Assembly (NCBI GenBank): GCA_026014495.1
Contig: JAOZIF010000150.1
Span: forward strand, 1,131-65,130
Length of the DNA stretch: 64,000 nucleotides
Direction of reading: 5' to 3'
Source: Candidatus Bathyarchaeum sp.
GTDB taxonomy: Archaea > Thermoproteota > Bathyarchaeia > Bathyarchaeales > Bathyarchaeaceae
In this document: positions 31,824 to 41,559 of the stretch, in pieces
Numbering within the stretch: position 1 is the first letter of the stretch
Layout: every line of letters begins with the position of its first letter
Translations under genes and position numbers: made by a program
The notes under the pieces: model-generated
What the model was told of the DNA's origin: nothing
The model's input: only the letters and a program-made list of their open reading frames with translations
Database searches by the model: none

Positions 31824-32045
31824 ATGAGTAACTCAGAGGACATGGAACTCAGGGACGCCTACAAACACTGGGCTGAGCAAGTAGAACATCACCAGTATCA
31901 AATTTTTGTGGAAACCGCCAAAATCGTGGATTTACTAAAGAAAAAAGAGGCATCTGCGAGAACAAAAAACGAGATGCTAATAGTCCTTAAAGGCTTGCAG
32001 GCAACCGTGAAATCTATCTCTAAGGTGCTTTCAAAGTACATCTGA
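31824..32045 (+). CDS. Hypothetical helical protein (73 aa)
   Basis: Clean ORF with protein-like amphipathic composition; no motif recognised. Confidence 0.6.
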   Translation: MSNSEDMELRDAYKHWAEQVEHHQYQIFVETAKIVDLLKKKEASARTKNEMLIVLKGLQATVKSISKVLSKYI

Positions 32046-32067
32046 TAATGACGCAAATTATATTGCT

Positions 32068-33291
32068 CTATTTGGATGAATCACCGTTTTTTCCCAAAAA
32101 CAGCGACATAAACGCTTCACCCTCTACCAAACCATACACTCCCTTCTTGGCAGAGTCCTCGTCAAAGCGTTTCACACAATCAGCTTTAGCCGATGGCGAA
32201 TAAATCGCAAACGGAACAGGGTCTCTTGTATGCGTGCCAATACTGATAGGTGTTGGATGATCAGGCAAAACAGCAACAACGCACTCTTCTTTTAATCCAT
32301 CCAGTGCCCGCCCAAGAAGTCGCTTATCCAAATCCTCTATTGTTTTCACCTTAAGATTGCAATCTCTGGAATGGCCTGCCTCATCTGGCGCCTCAACGTG
32401 AACAACAACCATGTCATACTCTTCAAGCGCTTCTAGTGCATGGTCTGCTTTGCCTTCATAGTTAGTATCATACAAACCAGTAGCACCCGGAACCTGAATA
32501 ACCTTCATTCCCGCGTAAACTCCAATCCCCTTCATCAAATCAACCGCAGAAATAACCGCAGACGTTACCCCATGCCTTTCTTTGAATGTCGGCATAACTG
32601 GCGTTTTGCCCCCGCCCCAAGGCCAAATCATGTTTCCCGCCCTTTTACCTGCCCGTTCTCTGGCAACATTAACTGGATGCTTTTCCAAAATCTGTTTAGA
32701 CTCAAGAATCATTTTGCTCAGCAACGCTGCAGTACTCTTTGTTTGCTCTGTTTTGGCTTTTGGCAAAATCTCTGAAATTTTCTTTCCTATAGAATCATGA
32801 GGCAAATTGCACTCAACAAGTTCATTATGCATATAATTTCTTAAAATCAAGAAATGACGGTAGCTTAAACCCACAAAAAACTCAACCTCGCCCTGCTTTT
32901 GCATCTTACGCTTTAACAAATCTATTAGCTCTTCAGCCTCACTGTTTGTTATATGGTCAGCGGAGTAATCAACCAAAATGCCATCTTTTTCTGTAATCAG
33001 ATTACATCTGTATGCTACATCGTTTTTGTTTAGTTTGATGTTTCTGGCAGCAGCTTCGAATGGTCCCCTTCCAGTATAGTATGATGATGGATCATAGCCA
33101 AGAACTGAAAGGAGCGCAGGACCTGAACCTGGAGTCAAAGCTTCTGGAACTGTTTTAAGCAGCCCATTTCGCCCTTTGGCTGCAATCATATCAATGTTCG
33201 GCTTGTTTGCAACTTGAAGTGGCGTCTTGTTGCCTAGTTCTGCAACAGGATAGTCTGCCATTCCGTCTCCAATAACTAGTAAATACTTCAT
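32068..33291 (-). CDS. apgM: Cofactor-independent phosphoglycerate mutase family (ApgM / proposed homoserine kinase)
   Basis: GDGMAD, TPLQ.A, PGS, HVEAPDEAGH, PDHPTP, HTRDPVP. Confidence 0.9.
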   Translation of the reverse strand: MKYLLVIGDGMADYPVAELGNKTPLQVANKPNIDMIAAKGRNGLLKTVPEALTPGSGPALLSVLGYDPSSYYTGRGPFEAAARNIKLNKNDVAYRCNLITEKDGILVDYSADHITNSEAEELIDLLKRKMQKQGEVEFFVGLSYRHFLILRNYMHNELVECNLPHDSIGKKISEILPKAKTEQTKSTAALLSKMILESKQILEKHPVNVARERAGKRAGNMIWPWGGGKTPVMPTFKERHGVTSAVISAVDLMKGIGVYAGMKVIQVPGATGLYDTNYEGKADHALEALEEYDMVVVHVEAPDEAGHSRDCNLKVKTIEDLDKRLLGRALDGLKEECVVAVLPDHPTPISIGTHTRDPVPFAIYSPSAKADCVKRFDEDSAKKGVYGLVEGEAFMSLFLGKNGDSSK

Positions 33292-33364
33292 TGTTCATCA
33301 ACTGCCCCTTTTTTCTTGACACCTTGTTTTGTTTGGTTACACTGTTATGGTGTTTTACTGTATT

Positions 33365-34375
33365 TTAGTTTTGGAATCTGCCCTGTTTTAGTATCGTGAC
33401 TGTTTCTTTGTTCTGTTTGGTCACCCTTACTGTGGGCTCGGAGATTAGCATGTCCATGTGGTTTTTTGACGGATTTTTGCCTCCAGGCATGTCCGTGTTT
33501 GCCCCAAACGCAACATGCACTGTTCCTAACACTTTTTCTGCCTCAAGAAACTCGTCTACAAACCTTGCTTTAGGGTTTATTCCAAACGCAAACTCTCCAA
33601 CAACATCCGCCCATTTGTCAGTCTGAAATGTTTCTTTAATCCTGCGTAGGTGCTCAGAATCTTGCGAAACCACGTTCTCCACTTTTCCGTTCTTCACTGT
33701 TACTTTTACTGGTTTTCTTAGTTTGCCCATTCCGCCAATAGCCATATCACACACAAGTTCTCCATTCAACGAATCTTCAACAGGCGCAACAATAACCTCG
33801 CCCGTAGGCAGATTCATCCATTTCATTGTCTTCCAGTCTAACTGCGTGTCTGTGAAAAATCTCCTGTTCTGAGTGCATAACGTCAAGCTGGTTCCCGCTG
33901 GACTGCAAACCTCAACTGTAACTGTATCTTCTAGAGCAGACATGAGTTTTTGTGCGTGAGCCTGCATACGTTTATGCTCTTCTATCTTGAGCGCTAATGC
34001 GCCTTCAGTAAGCATATCCACTGTTACTCCAGGGCAATGTCCTAGACGCGATTTATGGTCATGAGTTTGCGTTTTAATTAGCTGTATTCGAAAGGGAGTC
34101 TCTTCGCGGTTGCCTCGTAGCAGATTAATGTAAATGTCCGTTTTATCTGCTAGCAACTTCTGCAGATGCTGCGGAATCTGGGTTCGTGGCTCTTTTTGTT
34201 TTTTAAGAATTACAAGCCGTGTCCACAAATCTAAATCTAAAGCACCATTTGCAAAAGCTTCCCCCACTTCAGCTTTTTCTTCATCACAAACTATGAGTAT
34301 TCTTTCGTTGCTGCTGGCTTCAAGAACACTCTTCAACGCATTTTTTGCAGCTTCTGAGGCTTCCAAACCAATCAC
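33365..34375 (-). CDS. Thermophilic-type (M29-like) aminopeptidase
   Basis: NLPTGEV, GEFAFGIN, EAEK..GTVHVAFG, HMD. Confidence 0.85.
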   Translation of the reverse strand: MIGLEASEAAKNALKSVLEASSNERILIVCDEEKAEVGEAFANGALDLDLWTRLVILKKQKEPRTQIPQHLQKLLADKTDIYINLLRGNREETPFRIQLIKTQTHDHKSRLGHCPGVTVDMLTEGALALKIEEHKRMQAHAQKLMSALEDTVTVEVCSPAGTSLTLCTQNRRFFTDTQLDWKTMKWMNLPTGEVIVAPVEDSLNGELVCDMAIGGMGKLRKPVKVTVKNGKVENVVSQDSEHLRRIKETFQTDKWADVVGEFAFGINPKARFVDEFLEAEKVLGTVHVAFGANTDMPGGKNPSKNHMDMLISEPTVRVTKQNKETVTILKQGRFQN

Positions 34376-34437
34376 TGCATCGAAATAATATAGATAACAT
34401 GTTTAAACTTTCGTGGAATCCTGTTAGATGTGCCTTT

Positions 34438-34680
34438 TTACTTTGATTCCAGCTTTTGTTCTAGCTGATAAATCAGGAGCGTGCACAGTAGTAATCCACC
34501 GCCTACCCCTGTAAAGAGTGCACCTGCCTGTGCTGTTACAAAATATTGGTCTGAAATCAAGAGATACCCTGTAACCGTAAGTGTTGTTGGAATGTCTAGA
34601 CTGTTTGCCCACAAAAGCATAACAATCCCAGATACAAACATAACAAATGCGCCGCCAAGCGTGACCTGCCACTCCTTCAT
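34438..34680 (-). CDS. Small two-TM membrane protein
   Basis: Two hydrophobic segments; ATG after GGTGA; last gene of the surface-protein operon. Confidence 0.55.
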   Translation of the reverse strand: MKEWQVTLGGAFVMFVSGIVMLLWANSLDIPTTLTVTGYLLISDQYFVTAQAGALFTGVGGGLLLCTLLIYQLEQKLESK

Positions 34681-34721
34681 AACGTTCACCAATCTCTTGT
34701 TTATTCAACACAGATTCGTTA

Positions 34722-36302
34722 TTATCTTTTGTCACACATTTTTCGTCTATATGCAACCGATGAAACTGCAAGAATCGTTAATGTGAACAGTACAAGTGCC
34801 TCTGAGGGAAACTCTGGAATTGTCTGTGGGTCCATGATTGGATAGCGGTCAATATTGTTTGGATTGATGTAAAACTGGGTATCTCCTATTCCTGTGTCAC
34901 CGATTTCTGTTGCGTTTGGGTATCTTGTTGCGTAGTCGCTCCAGTAATTGCCTTTTTCTCCGTCATCCCAAACGTTAGGGTTTCCGGGGTCCCACGTGTC
35001 TGGTGCCCAAAGTCCAGGAATAGACACTTGCATGCCTTCTGCATTGTTGTCTGTGAAGTAGTTGTGGTAGATTATGTTGTCTTTTTGTCCGTCCTCAAGT
35101 TGAATTCCCCAGCCGATGTTCTCTTTTACCACATTTCCGATGATTATGTTGTTTGAGGACTCGTCTATTTGGATGCCATTACCGTTTCTTTCTATATTGT
35201 TTTCAGAAATAGTGGTTTTTGAACTCCAAGAAACTGTAACGCCATCTTCGATATTTTCTATTATTGTGTTTCTTGTTATGTTATTGTTCATGCTTGAACT
35301 GTAAACATAGATGCCTTGCGTGTTTAATTTAACGTCGTTTGTGTTTATGCTGTTTTGCGAAGAGCTAAAGAGGTATACGCCATTTTGATTGTTTGCGGTT
35401 AAACTGTTTCCAGTAACAGTGTTGTCTGTTGAGTGCCAAAGGTGAACTCCATCATCACCATTATCTTCTATTGTGTTTTCGGTTATGCTGTTGCCTGAAG
35501 ATTTGTAAACGTAGACTCCATTGTCCTCATTGTTTGTTATGCTGTTTTGTGTCACTGTCGAACTGTTAGTGTAAATTAGCATTACGCCATGACTGTTGTG
35601 TGTAAGGTCTAAGTTCTGAACCGTAATGTTTGTGCAGTTTACAAGAATTACCTGTCCCGCATCTTGTGGAACTGTCTTGTCATGCTGGTTTATCCAATAA
35701 ATGATGGGCTTGCCGTTGACAGTGTTTGAGGTGTCAATGTCGTTAATGAAACTGGGCATATCATCTGAAAGTGGACTGTATGTGACAAAAATGCTGCCAG
35801 TGTTGTTTAGCTGATTATTTCTTATCACATTATTTGTGGAATGTTGTATGTAAATGCCCCACTGGTTGTTTGTTATGTTGTTTGCGTAAAGCATGTTATT
35901 CCCTGTTGCTTCCATAAAAACATCTGAAAACAAGTAAATCCCTCTAGTGAAGCCGCTAATTTTCATATTCTGCACTGTCACATTATTCCTGCCTTTTATG
36001 AAAACACCTGTTGAATTTCCGTTTCCCTGTAAAGTGTAGCCATTTCCATCAAGCACAATACTGTCCCGTTCAACTGCAATCGTATACCCTACAATGTTGT
36101 CCGTGAGCTTGTAACTGTCTCCATCTCGCTGAATAGGAGCTGTTGCAGGGTCAACGCTGCCGTCACTTAGAATGACGTAAGCTGGTTGAGGAGTTAGAAC
36201 TGGAAGAAAATTTGCTTCCACTACAATAACAAAATGTAATCCAAACAAAAACGAAAACACAACCAGCGAAACAAGAACTGTTGGAATTGGCTGCTTGTTC
36301 AC
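34722..36302 (-). CDS. NosD/CASH right-handed beta-helix surface protein with PEF-type C-terminal anchor
   Basis: Signal peptide, Asn-rich repeats, GNYWSDY..GIGDT..DRYP, IPEFPS + TM + basic tail. Confidence 0.88.
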   Translation of the reverse strand: MNKQPIPTVLVSLVVFSFLFGLHFVIVVEANFLPVLTPQPAYVILSDGSVDPATAPIQRDGDSYKLTDNIVGYTIAVERDSIVLDGNGYTLQGNGNSTGVFIKGRNNVTVQNMKISGFTRGIYLFSDVFMEATGNNMLYANNITNNQWGIYIQHSTNNVIRNNQLNNTGSIFVTYSPLSDDMPSFINDIDTSNTVNGKPIIYWINQHDKTVPQDAGQVILVNCTNITVQNLDLTHNSHGVMLIYTNSSTVTQNSITNNEDNGVYVYKSSGNSITENTIEDNGDDGVHLWHSTDNTVTGNSLTANNQNGVYLFSSSQNSINTNDVKLNTQGIYVYSSSMNNNITRNTIIENIEDGVTVSWSSKTTISENNIERNGNGIQIDESSNNIIIGNVVKENIGWGIQLEDGQKDNIIYHNYFTDNNAEGMQVSIPGLWAPDTWDPGNPNVWDDGEKGNYWSDYATRYPNATEIGDTGIGDTQFYINPNNIDRYPIMDPQTIPEFPSEALVLFTLTILAVSSVAYRRKMCDKR

Positions 36303-37198
36303 TTATTTTCACTCCAATTTTTGCGTCTAAGAAGAACAAAACAAGACAACCCCGCTGCGGCTATCACAGTCACCGCTACTATAGCATAAGCTTGATTTGT
36401 CGTTAAACTTGAGCCTAAGAAACCTGAACTGGTCTGTTCAGTCTGTTTATCTGAACTAAATGTTATCAGCAGGTCTCCAAGGAGTGGTTTTGAGTAATCT
36501 GAAACCACCTGCAGCAACACAGTTTCTGTTTTTCCCTCATTTGTAACTGTATACTCTACAGGAGTGATTGCTTCGTCGGTTGTTATTGTTACTACTTGAA
36601 GGTCTGTGATTTCTGTTTCAAAATTTATGGCAAAGTGAGCTGTGGATTTGTTGCTCCACTGCGACAAGTATGGGCTTATGTTCAGGTCATACAAAAACAT
36701 GTAACCTCCCTTTTTTATGACTGGATGCTCATAATGAATCATCAACGTAAACTGGTCCAGAACAGGATAAATTGTACAAGCAATCACTGGCCAATCACCA
36801 ATGGCTGTATAATGTACAGCATCAGAAACTGATTGGGTATAGTTGCTCCATTCTAATTCTGTTTCATCCATCTTTATGGAGATGTTTGTTGTACCTGGGG
36901 GCGTAGGATAAAGCATCAAAACTTCATTGCCCTCAAACGTGAACACTGTACTATTATTTGTGACTGATTGGTTTTGGATTTCTAAGTCCAATTTACTTAG
37001 AGGATATGTTCCATCAACCTTCGCCCATAAACTCCCATTAATCCAGCAGACTGTGTATTCGATGTGCTCTTCAGGCATTTCAAGACAATAAACCGAGCTA
37101 GCCTGTGTAACTTTAACAAATTCTAACCCGCTTGTTACTAGAAGAAAACAGGCTATAATTGCTAACAATGAACAGACACGTTTGTGCTTTGGTCTCAT
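36299..37198 (-). CDS. Secreted protein with C-terminal membrane anchor
   Basis: Signal peptide, beta-rich body, GFLGSSL linker + TM + RRK. Confidence 0.75.
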   Translation of the reverse strand: MRPKHKRVCSLLAIIACFLLVTSGLEFVKVTQASSVYCLEMPEEHIEYTVCWINGSLWAKVDGTYPLSKLDLEIQNQSVTNNSTVFTFEGNEVLMLYPTPPGTTNISIKMDETELEWSNYTQSVSDAVHYTAIGDWPVIACTIYPVLDQFTLMIHYEHPVIKKGGYMFLYDLNISPYLSQWSNKSTAHFAINFETEITDLQVVTITTDEAITPVEYTVTNEGKTETVLLQVVSDYSKPLLGDLLITFSSDKQTEQTSSGFLGSSLTTNQAYAIVAVTVIAAAGLSCFVLLRRKNWSENK

Positions 37199-38772
37199 TC
37201 TTCATTTATTTCCTGTTTTAGTTCATGTTTGCAAATTGCACGTTTTTTACTCCTAATCTTGTTGTGTAGTTTTCGTTTGTAAACGTTTAATGCAAATATA
37301 AGAACTGAGAGCGCAATCAACGTGAAAGTCCATGACGAAAATTCTGGAAGCTCATTGGAGATGCTGACTGGAGTCATAAGAGGGTACCTGTCTGTGCTGT
37401 TAGAGTAGCTGTCAATGATGTATTGTGTATCACCTATGTTGTCGCCGTTTGTGTCTGTGGCGTTGTATGCTTCCCAGTAATTGCCTTCAAAACCGTTATC
37501 CCAAAAGTTTTGGATGTCCCTGTCTCCCGGTGAACCCGTCCAGTTTCCTATGAAATTGTTGTGGAAAAACGTGTTGTTTGCTGAATTATGCCAGATGTTA
37601 AAGTAACAAAAGTTGTCAACCACATTGTTTTCTGTTATTGTACAGTTAAGTGTATCTTCAAAATAGAACGCCGCATACCCATTATCGCTTATCAGATTAC
37701 CAAAAATGGTGCAGTTGGAAACCAGATCAAATCTGATAGCATTGAAGTTTTCAGTTAATGTTGAATTAGATATTCTTGAGTCACTTGTTTTAACAAAAAG
37801 TATGGCGTCCCAGTTGGGCGTTGATGCCCAATTTTCAACGGTTATGTTGTTGCAGTTTATTGCTGCTATCCACCCTGCATCTGTTGGCACTTGGATGTCT
37901 GATTGGTTGACAAGAAAATAGACTGGTTTTCCATTGACAGTGTTTGTTGTGTCAATGCTGTGCATGTTGCGTTCCAATTGGGTGCCCAAAAGTTTGAACC
38001 CAACCTGATTGTCTACTAATGTGTTGTTTGAGAACTTGAGGTTGGTGCACTGGCGGATGTTGATTCCAATCATTTTTCGTTCAATCGTGTTGCCAAAAAC
38101 TTCACAGTTGTCACTTTGCTCAAGATTAATGGCTCCTACATCCGCAACGTAAAGCATTTCAACATCTTTGCGTGTCTCATTTGAAACCTTGTTATTTTTG
38201 ATTATAATGTTAGATGCACTAAGAATCGAAATCCCGCCCACATCGTTATCCATTATTATGGAGTCGCTGCCACGACTCAGACTAACCCCGCCTCTAGTTA
38301 TTGTGTTCTGTAAAATATTATTATAACATGAGCCTTGTATGTTGATGCCTCCACTTTCAACAATCTGGTTTCCTTGTATAACGCTGCAGTTTGTGTTGAG
38401 CCAGTAAAATGCATAACTAAATCCATGAATTCTAACATTTTGTACCGTCACATTATTTTCCATCTTTACATACAAACCCGTTCCACCGCCACCACCTAAC
38501 AGCTGGTAGCCGTTCCCATCAACTATAACATTGCTTCTCTCAACTGCTATGCCTCCTGAAACATCTCCCGTGAATGTGTACACGTTACCAACACGCTGAA
38601 TTGGCACAGTTGACGGGTCAACGCTTCCATCACTTCTGATAAAAATGCTTGAGGCATGATCTGGAGCTGGAATAAAATTTGCCTCTGCTAACTTTACAAA
38701 CTGCACTCCAATAGTTGCCAAAACTAAAAGAGCACAGATGCCCGTTGGTGCTAAAACTGTTCTCTTTTTAAT
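37195..38772 (-). CDS. NosD/CASH beta-helix surface protein with PEF anchor (probable ATT start)
   Basis: Paralog of 34722..36302 (DGSVDP, NTVNGKP, GNYW, LPEFSS); signal peptide extends in frame to ATT at 38772 behind GAGGA. Confidence 0.82.
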   Translation of the reverse strand: MKKRTVLAPTGICALLVLATIGVQFVKLAEANFIPAPDHASSIFIRSDGSVDPSTVPIQRVGNVYTFTGDVSGGIAVERSNVIVDGNGYQLLGGGGGTGLYVKMENNVTVQNVRIHGFSYAFYWLNTNCSVIQGNQIVESGGINIQGSCYNNILQNTITRGGVSLSRGSDSIIMDNDVGGISILSASNIIIKNNKVSNETRKDVEMLYVADVGAINLEQSDNCEVFGNTIERKMIGINIRQCTNLKFSNNTLVDNQVGFKLLGTQLERNMHSIDTTNTVNGKPVYFLVNQSDIQVPTDAGWIAAINCNNITVENWASTPNWDAILFVKTSDSRISNSTLTENFNAIRFDLVSNCTIFGNLISDNGYAAFYFEDTLNCTITENNVVDNFCYFNIWHNSANNTFFHNNFIGNWTGSPGDRDIQNFWDNGFEGNYWEAYNATDTNGDNIGDTQYIIDSYSNSTDRYPLMTPVSISNELPEFSSWTFTLIALSVLIFALNVYKRKLHNKIRSKKRAICKHELKQEINEE

Positions 38773-38945
38773 TTTTCCTCGACCGCCTTTTGGGGTTTAA
38801 GGAACAGCATGTACACTGATATTGCTACAAAAATGGTTGATGCGCTTGCTATCATGCAAATGTGTTGTATTTGTAAACTTGGACAAAAGTAGCCTAAAAC
38901 AACCGACAACATCGCTAACGGAAGTGTTAATGCATATTTGTTCAT
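38751..38945 (-). CDS. Small two-TM membrane protein
   Basis: GGTGA upstream; two hydrophobic helices; first gene of operon. Confidence 0.55.
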   Translation of the reverse strand: MNKYALTLPLAMLSVVLGYFCPSLQIQHICMIASASTIFVAISVYMLFLKPQKAVEEKLKREQF

Positions 38946-38999
38946 GTTGGATTCACCAACAATGCATTATTATGGCTAAATATTGATAAAAGCATTTTT

Positions 39000-39060
39000 G
39001 TAAAGGTTTCTTGACCTATCAAATGATACATAAAGAACACTTTAGTCAAGGTTTCTTGAC
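39000..39060. promoter_or_regulatory. Two 16-bp palindromic operator-like sites
   Basis: GTAAAGgtttCTTGAC at 39000-39015 and GTCAAGgtttCTTGAC at 39045-39060, upstream of the surface-protein operon. Confidence 0.6.
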
Positions 39061-39135
39061 CAAAACCTTTCCAGCCCAGACTACGCTTTTTCTATCTGTT
39101 CTATTTCCAGAACAGAACAGATTATAGAAAAAAAT

Positions 39136-39184
39136 TCTGAAAAACCTGGTTCTCAACAATGAACTACTATTAGGAGACTAATAG
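39136..39184 (+). repeat. Dispersed ~50-bp element, copy C
   Basis: tctgaaaaacctggttctcaacaatgaactactattaggagactaatag; overlaps the stop codon of the CooC-like gene. Confidence 0.88.
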
Positions 39185-39939
39185 CCAGCCTTTTGCAGTA
39201 TCTCCTTCACCGAATTGTAGGCAATTGACGTTTCTGGCAAATCAAGCAAAGATTTACCATAAAGAACATAGTTTTCTACTTCTTTGTCGTAGCTGATTTT
39301 TCCAAGGTATTCTAGTTTCGTTCTTTTGGTGACTTCTGCTTCTAGGTCTTCTGGCACTCTGTTGCCTCCAACAACGTAGAAGTTGTTGAATTCTATCTTT
39401 ATTTCGTTGGCTATTTTGTATGCTCGCTCTACATGGTGAAACGATTTCTGTGATGGGTCAATGATGTCGAATATATCGTCGATTTTTGATGAGATTCGCC
39501 TGTTTAGGTGTTCTAGTCCACCTGGAGAGTCAATGATTACATACTGGTATGCTTTAATCAGACCTTGTAGCGCATTTTTTAGGGCATTGTTTGGAAGACA
39601 GTAACAGCCTTCAATGAATTTTGTTCCAATGGCCATGAAGTCAAAGTTTTGTCCCTCGTAGAGTCCAAGTTCCCAGATTTTGCTTTCAATTCTTTTGGAT
39701 GGGGGCACTCCAACTGTGGTGCCTCCGCTTTCAAGGAAGGTTTCTACAAGTAATTCGGAGACAGTTTTTTTTCCTACTTCTTTTAGGTCGATTCCAAGCA
39801 TTTCGGAGAGGTTCTGGTCTGGGTCTGCGTCGATAAGAAGTATTGGAGTTTCGCCTTTTTCGATGAAATATTTTGTCATAAGGGAAACAAAGGTTGTTTT
39901 GCCGCTGCCTCCTCTACCCATGGTAACAAGTCTCTTCAT
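39178..39939 (-). CDS. CooC/AcsF-like ATPase
   Basis: GRGGSGKT, IDADPDQNL, EGCYC, GLEHLNRR. Confidence 0.85.
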   Translation of the reverse strand: MKRLVTMGRGGSGKTTFVSLMTKYFIEKGETPILLIDADPDQNLSEMLGIDLKEVGKKTVSELLVETFLESGGTTVGVPPSKRIESKIWELGLYEGQNFDFMAIGTKFIEGCYCLPNNALKNALQGLIKAYQYVIIDSPGGLEHLNRRISSKIDDIFDIIDPSQKSFHHVERAYKIANEIKIEFNNFYVVGGNRVPEDLEAEVTKRTKLEYLGKISYDKEVENYVLYGKSLLDLPETSIAYNSVKEILQKAGY

Positions 39940-39991
39940 TATAGGTCACTTCCATTTCTCACGAAACCAAAATGCTTCACATAATTTATAG

Positions 39992-41128
39992 TTATTCAAT
40001 TGGCACTGTTTGCTCTATTTTGTAGTCTGTTAGCACTTTGATTGTTCCCCGAAAAGCTGCGTCCAGTTCGGGGTCGCCTGTGTCTACTTTTAGTCTTTTG
40101 AGGTTTTTCATCTTGTTTTCTGTGGCGATGACAATTATGTTGTCTTTGCCTACTTTTTTGATTACCTTTGGGCTTATCTGCTGGTTTCCCCTGCCAAAAA
40201 CAAAGCCTTGACCACCAATTGGCGTAACAACAATCTTAACCTGTTTTCCTTCTGTTGCCTCTAGAATCTGTTTTTCGTTCACGTCTTTTGCCACTATTTT
40301 TTTGTTAACAAAAAGGTCAACCCCAAGAAGTGTCTTTTTTTCATCCAATATGTCTCCTATTGTGCGTGTGGTTGTTCCTGCAGAGACAACATAAACAACA
40401 TCATCTTCCATATTTTCTGTGACATAGACTGCTATTGCAGCTTGATTTCGTAACTCGCTCTCGGTCATGGGCGACGCCATCTTTGCTCCCTGAATCAACT
40501 GTGGCTCATACGGACTAAGCAAGTAGCCATGCAGCTTAGCAGAAACTCTGCCCTGCCTGAAAGCTTCTTCGTCTATATCCATAACTTCAGCCTCCCACAA
40601 AGGCAACTTTTTGTTTAGAAACCTTACTACAATTCTTGCCGCGGCTTTGGGGTCAACAGCAAAAACTGCGCTATGCATTTTAACTCCAGTTGGAACCCCC
40701 AAAACAGGAACCTGCATATCAACACCTGCTAGCACATCTCTGGCTGTTCCGTCTCCTCCGCAGAAGACAAGAAGGTCAACGCCTTCAACTGCGATGTTTT
40801 CTACAATATCTACCGTGTCTTGTGGCTGGGTGTCCTTTTTTTGTTCTCCAAAAACAGTGTAACAAAAATTGTGGTTTTTTGCTTCAGTTTCTCCCATTAG
40901 TCCTGCTCCGACCATGAGTTGCACATCTTTTTTGATTGACGTTAACACAGAAAGAAAAGTTTCTGCACGTGCTGGAGCTACAGGTGTTGCGCCAAGAATA
41001 ACTGCTTTTTCGAGTATGTCCTTTCCGTCAGTGCCCTTTAGTCCGACTGCTCCGCCCATGCCTGCGATGGGATTAACTATGAAGCCTACTTTCTTTTTTG
41101 AACCTTCTTTGCTGTCGTTTAATGGCAA
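39992..41128 (-). CDS. ATP-NAD kinase / AcoX-like protein
   Basis: NPIAGMGG..GLKGTDG, GGDGTARD, GVKMHS, GRGNQQ. Confidence 0.85.
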   Translation of the reverse strand: MPLNDSKEGSKKKVGFIVNPIAGMGGAVGLKGTDGKDILEKAVILGATPVAPARAETFLSVLTSIKKDVQLMVGAGLMGETEAKNHNFCYTVFGEQKKDTQPQDTVDIVENIAVEGVDLLVFCGGDGTARDVLAGVDMQVPVLGVPTGVKMHSAVFAVDPKAAARIVVRFLNKKLPLWEAEVMDIDEEAFRQGRVSAKLHGYLLSPYEPQLIQGAKMASPMTESELRNQAAIAVYVTENMEDDVVYVVSAGTTTRTIGDILDEKKTLLGVDLFVNKKIVAKDVNEKQILEATEGKQVKIVVTPIGGQGFVFGRGNQQISPKVIKKVGKDNIIVIATENKMKNLKRLKVDTGDPELDAAFRGTIKVLTDYKIEQTVPIE

Positions 41129-41175
41129 GAATGCTCAGTCCATGTTCAGTATGTTTTCACTTATGCTCTCGTCTT

Positions 41176-41559
41176 TTAGAGATACTTCTTTAGTGCATTT
41201 TCTAGAGGGTCTCGACCCACGGCGCCAACTATCTTCTCGGCGACAGTGCCGTTTTTGAATATTAGAAAGTGTGGTATGCTCATTATTCCATAGCGTCCAG
41301 CAATCTGAGAGTTTTCGTCGACGTTAACTTTTCCGAATAATGCTTTTCCTGCGTAAGCTTTTGCAAGCTCGTCCATAACCGGAGCCATCATTCTACAAGG
41401 CATACACCAGTCAGCCCAGAAATCAACCAAAACTGGCTTGTCAGTGTTCAGGAAGTTGTCAAAAGATGAGGAAGTCAGTTTAGTTACGCCTGCCTTAGCT
41501 TGGTCTAGCATTTTCTTTATTTTTTCTTCTTTTAATTTTTCAAGCTCTTTATCATCCAT
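41176..41559 (-). CDS. trxA: Thioredoxin
   Basis: DFWADWCMPC; ATG after GGAGGTGA. Confidence 0.93.
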   Translation of the reverse strand: MDDKELEKLKEEKIKKMLDQAKAGVTKLTSSSFDNFLNTDKPVLVDFWADWCMPCRMMAPVMDELAKAYAGKALFGKVNVDENSQIAGRYGIMSIPHFLIFKNGTVAEKIVGAVGRDPLENALKKYL

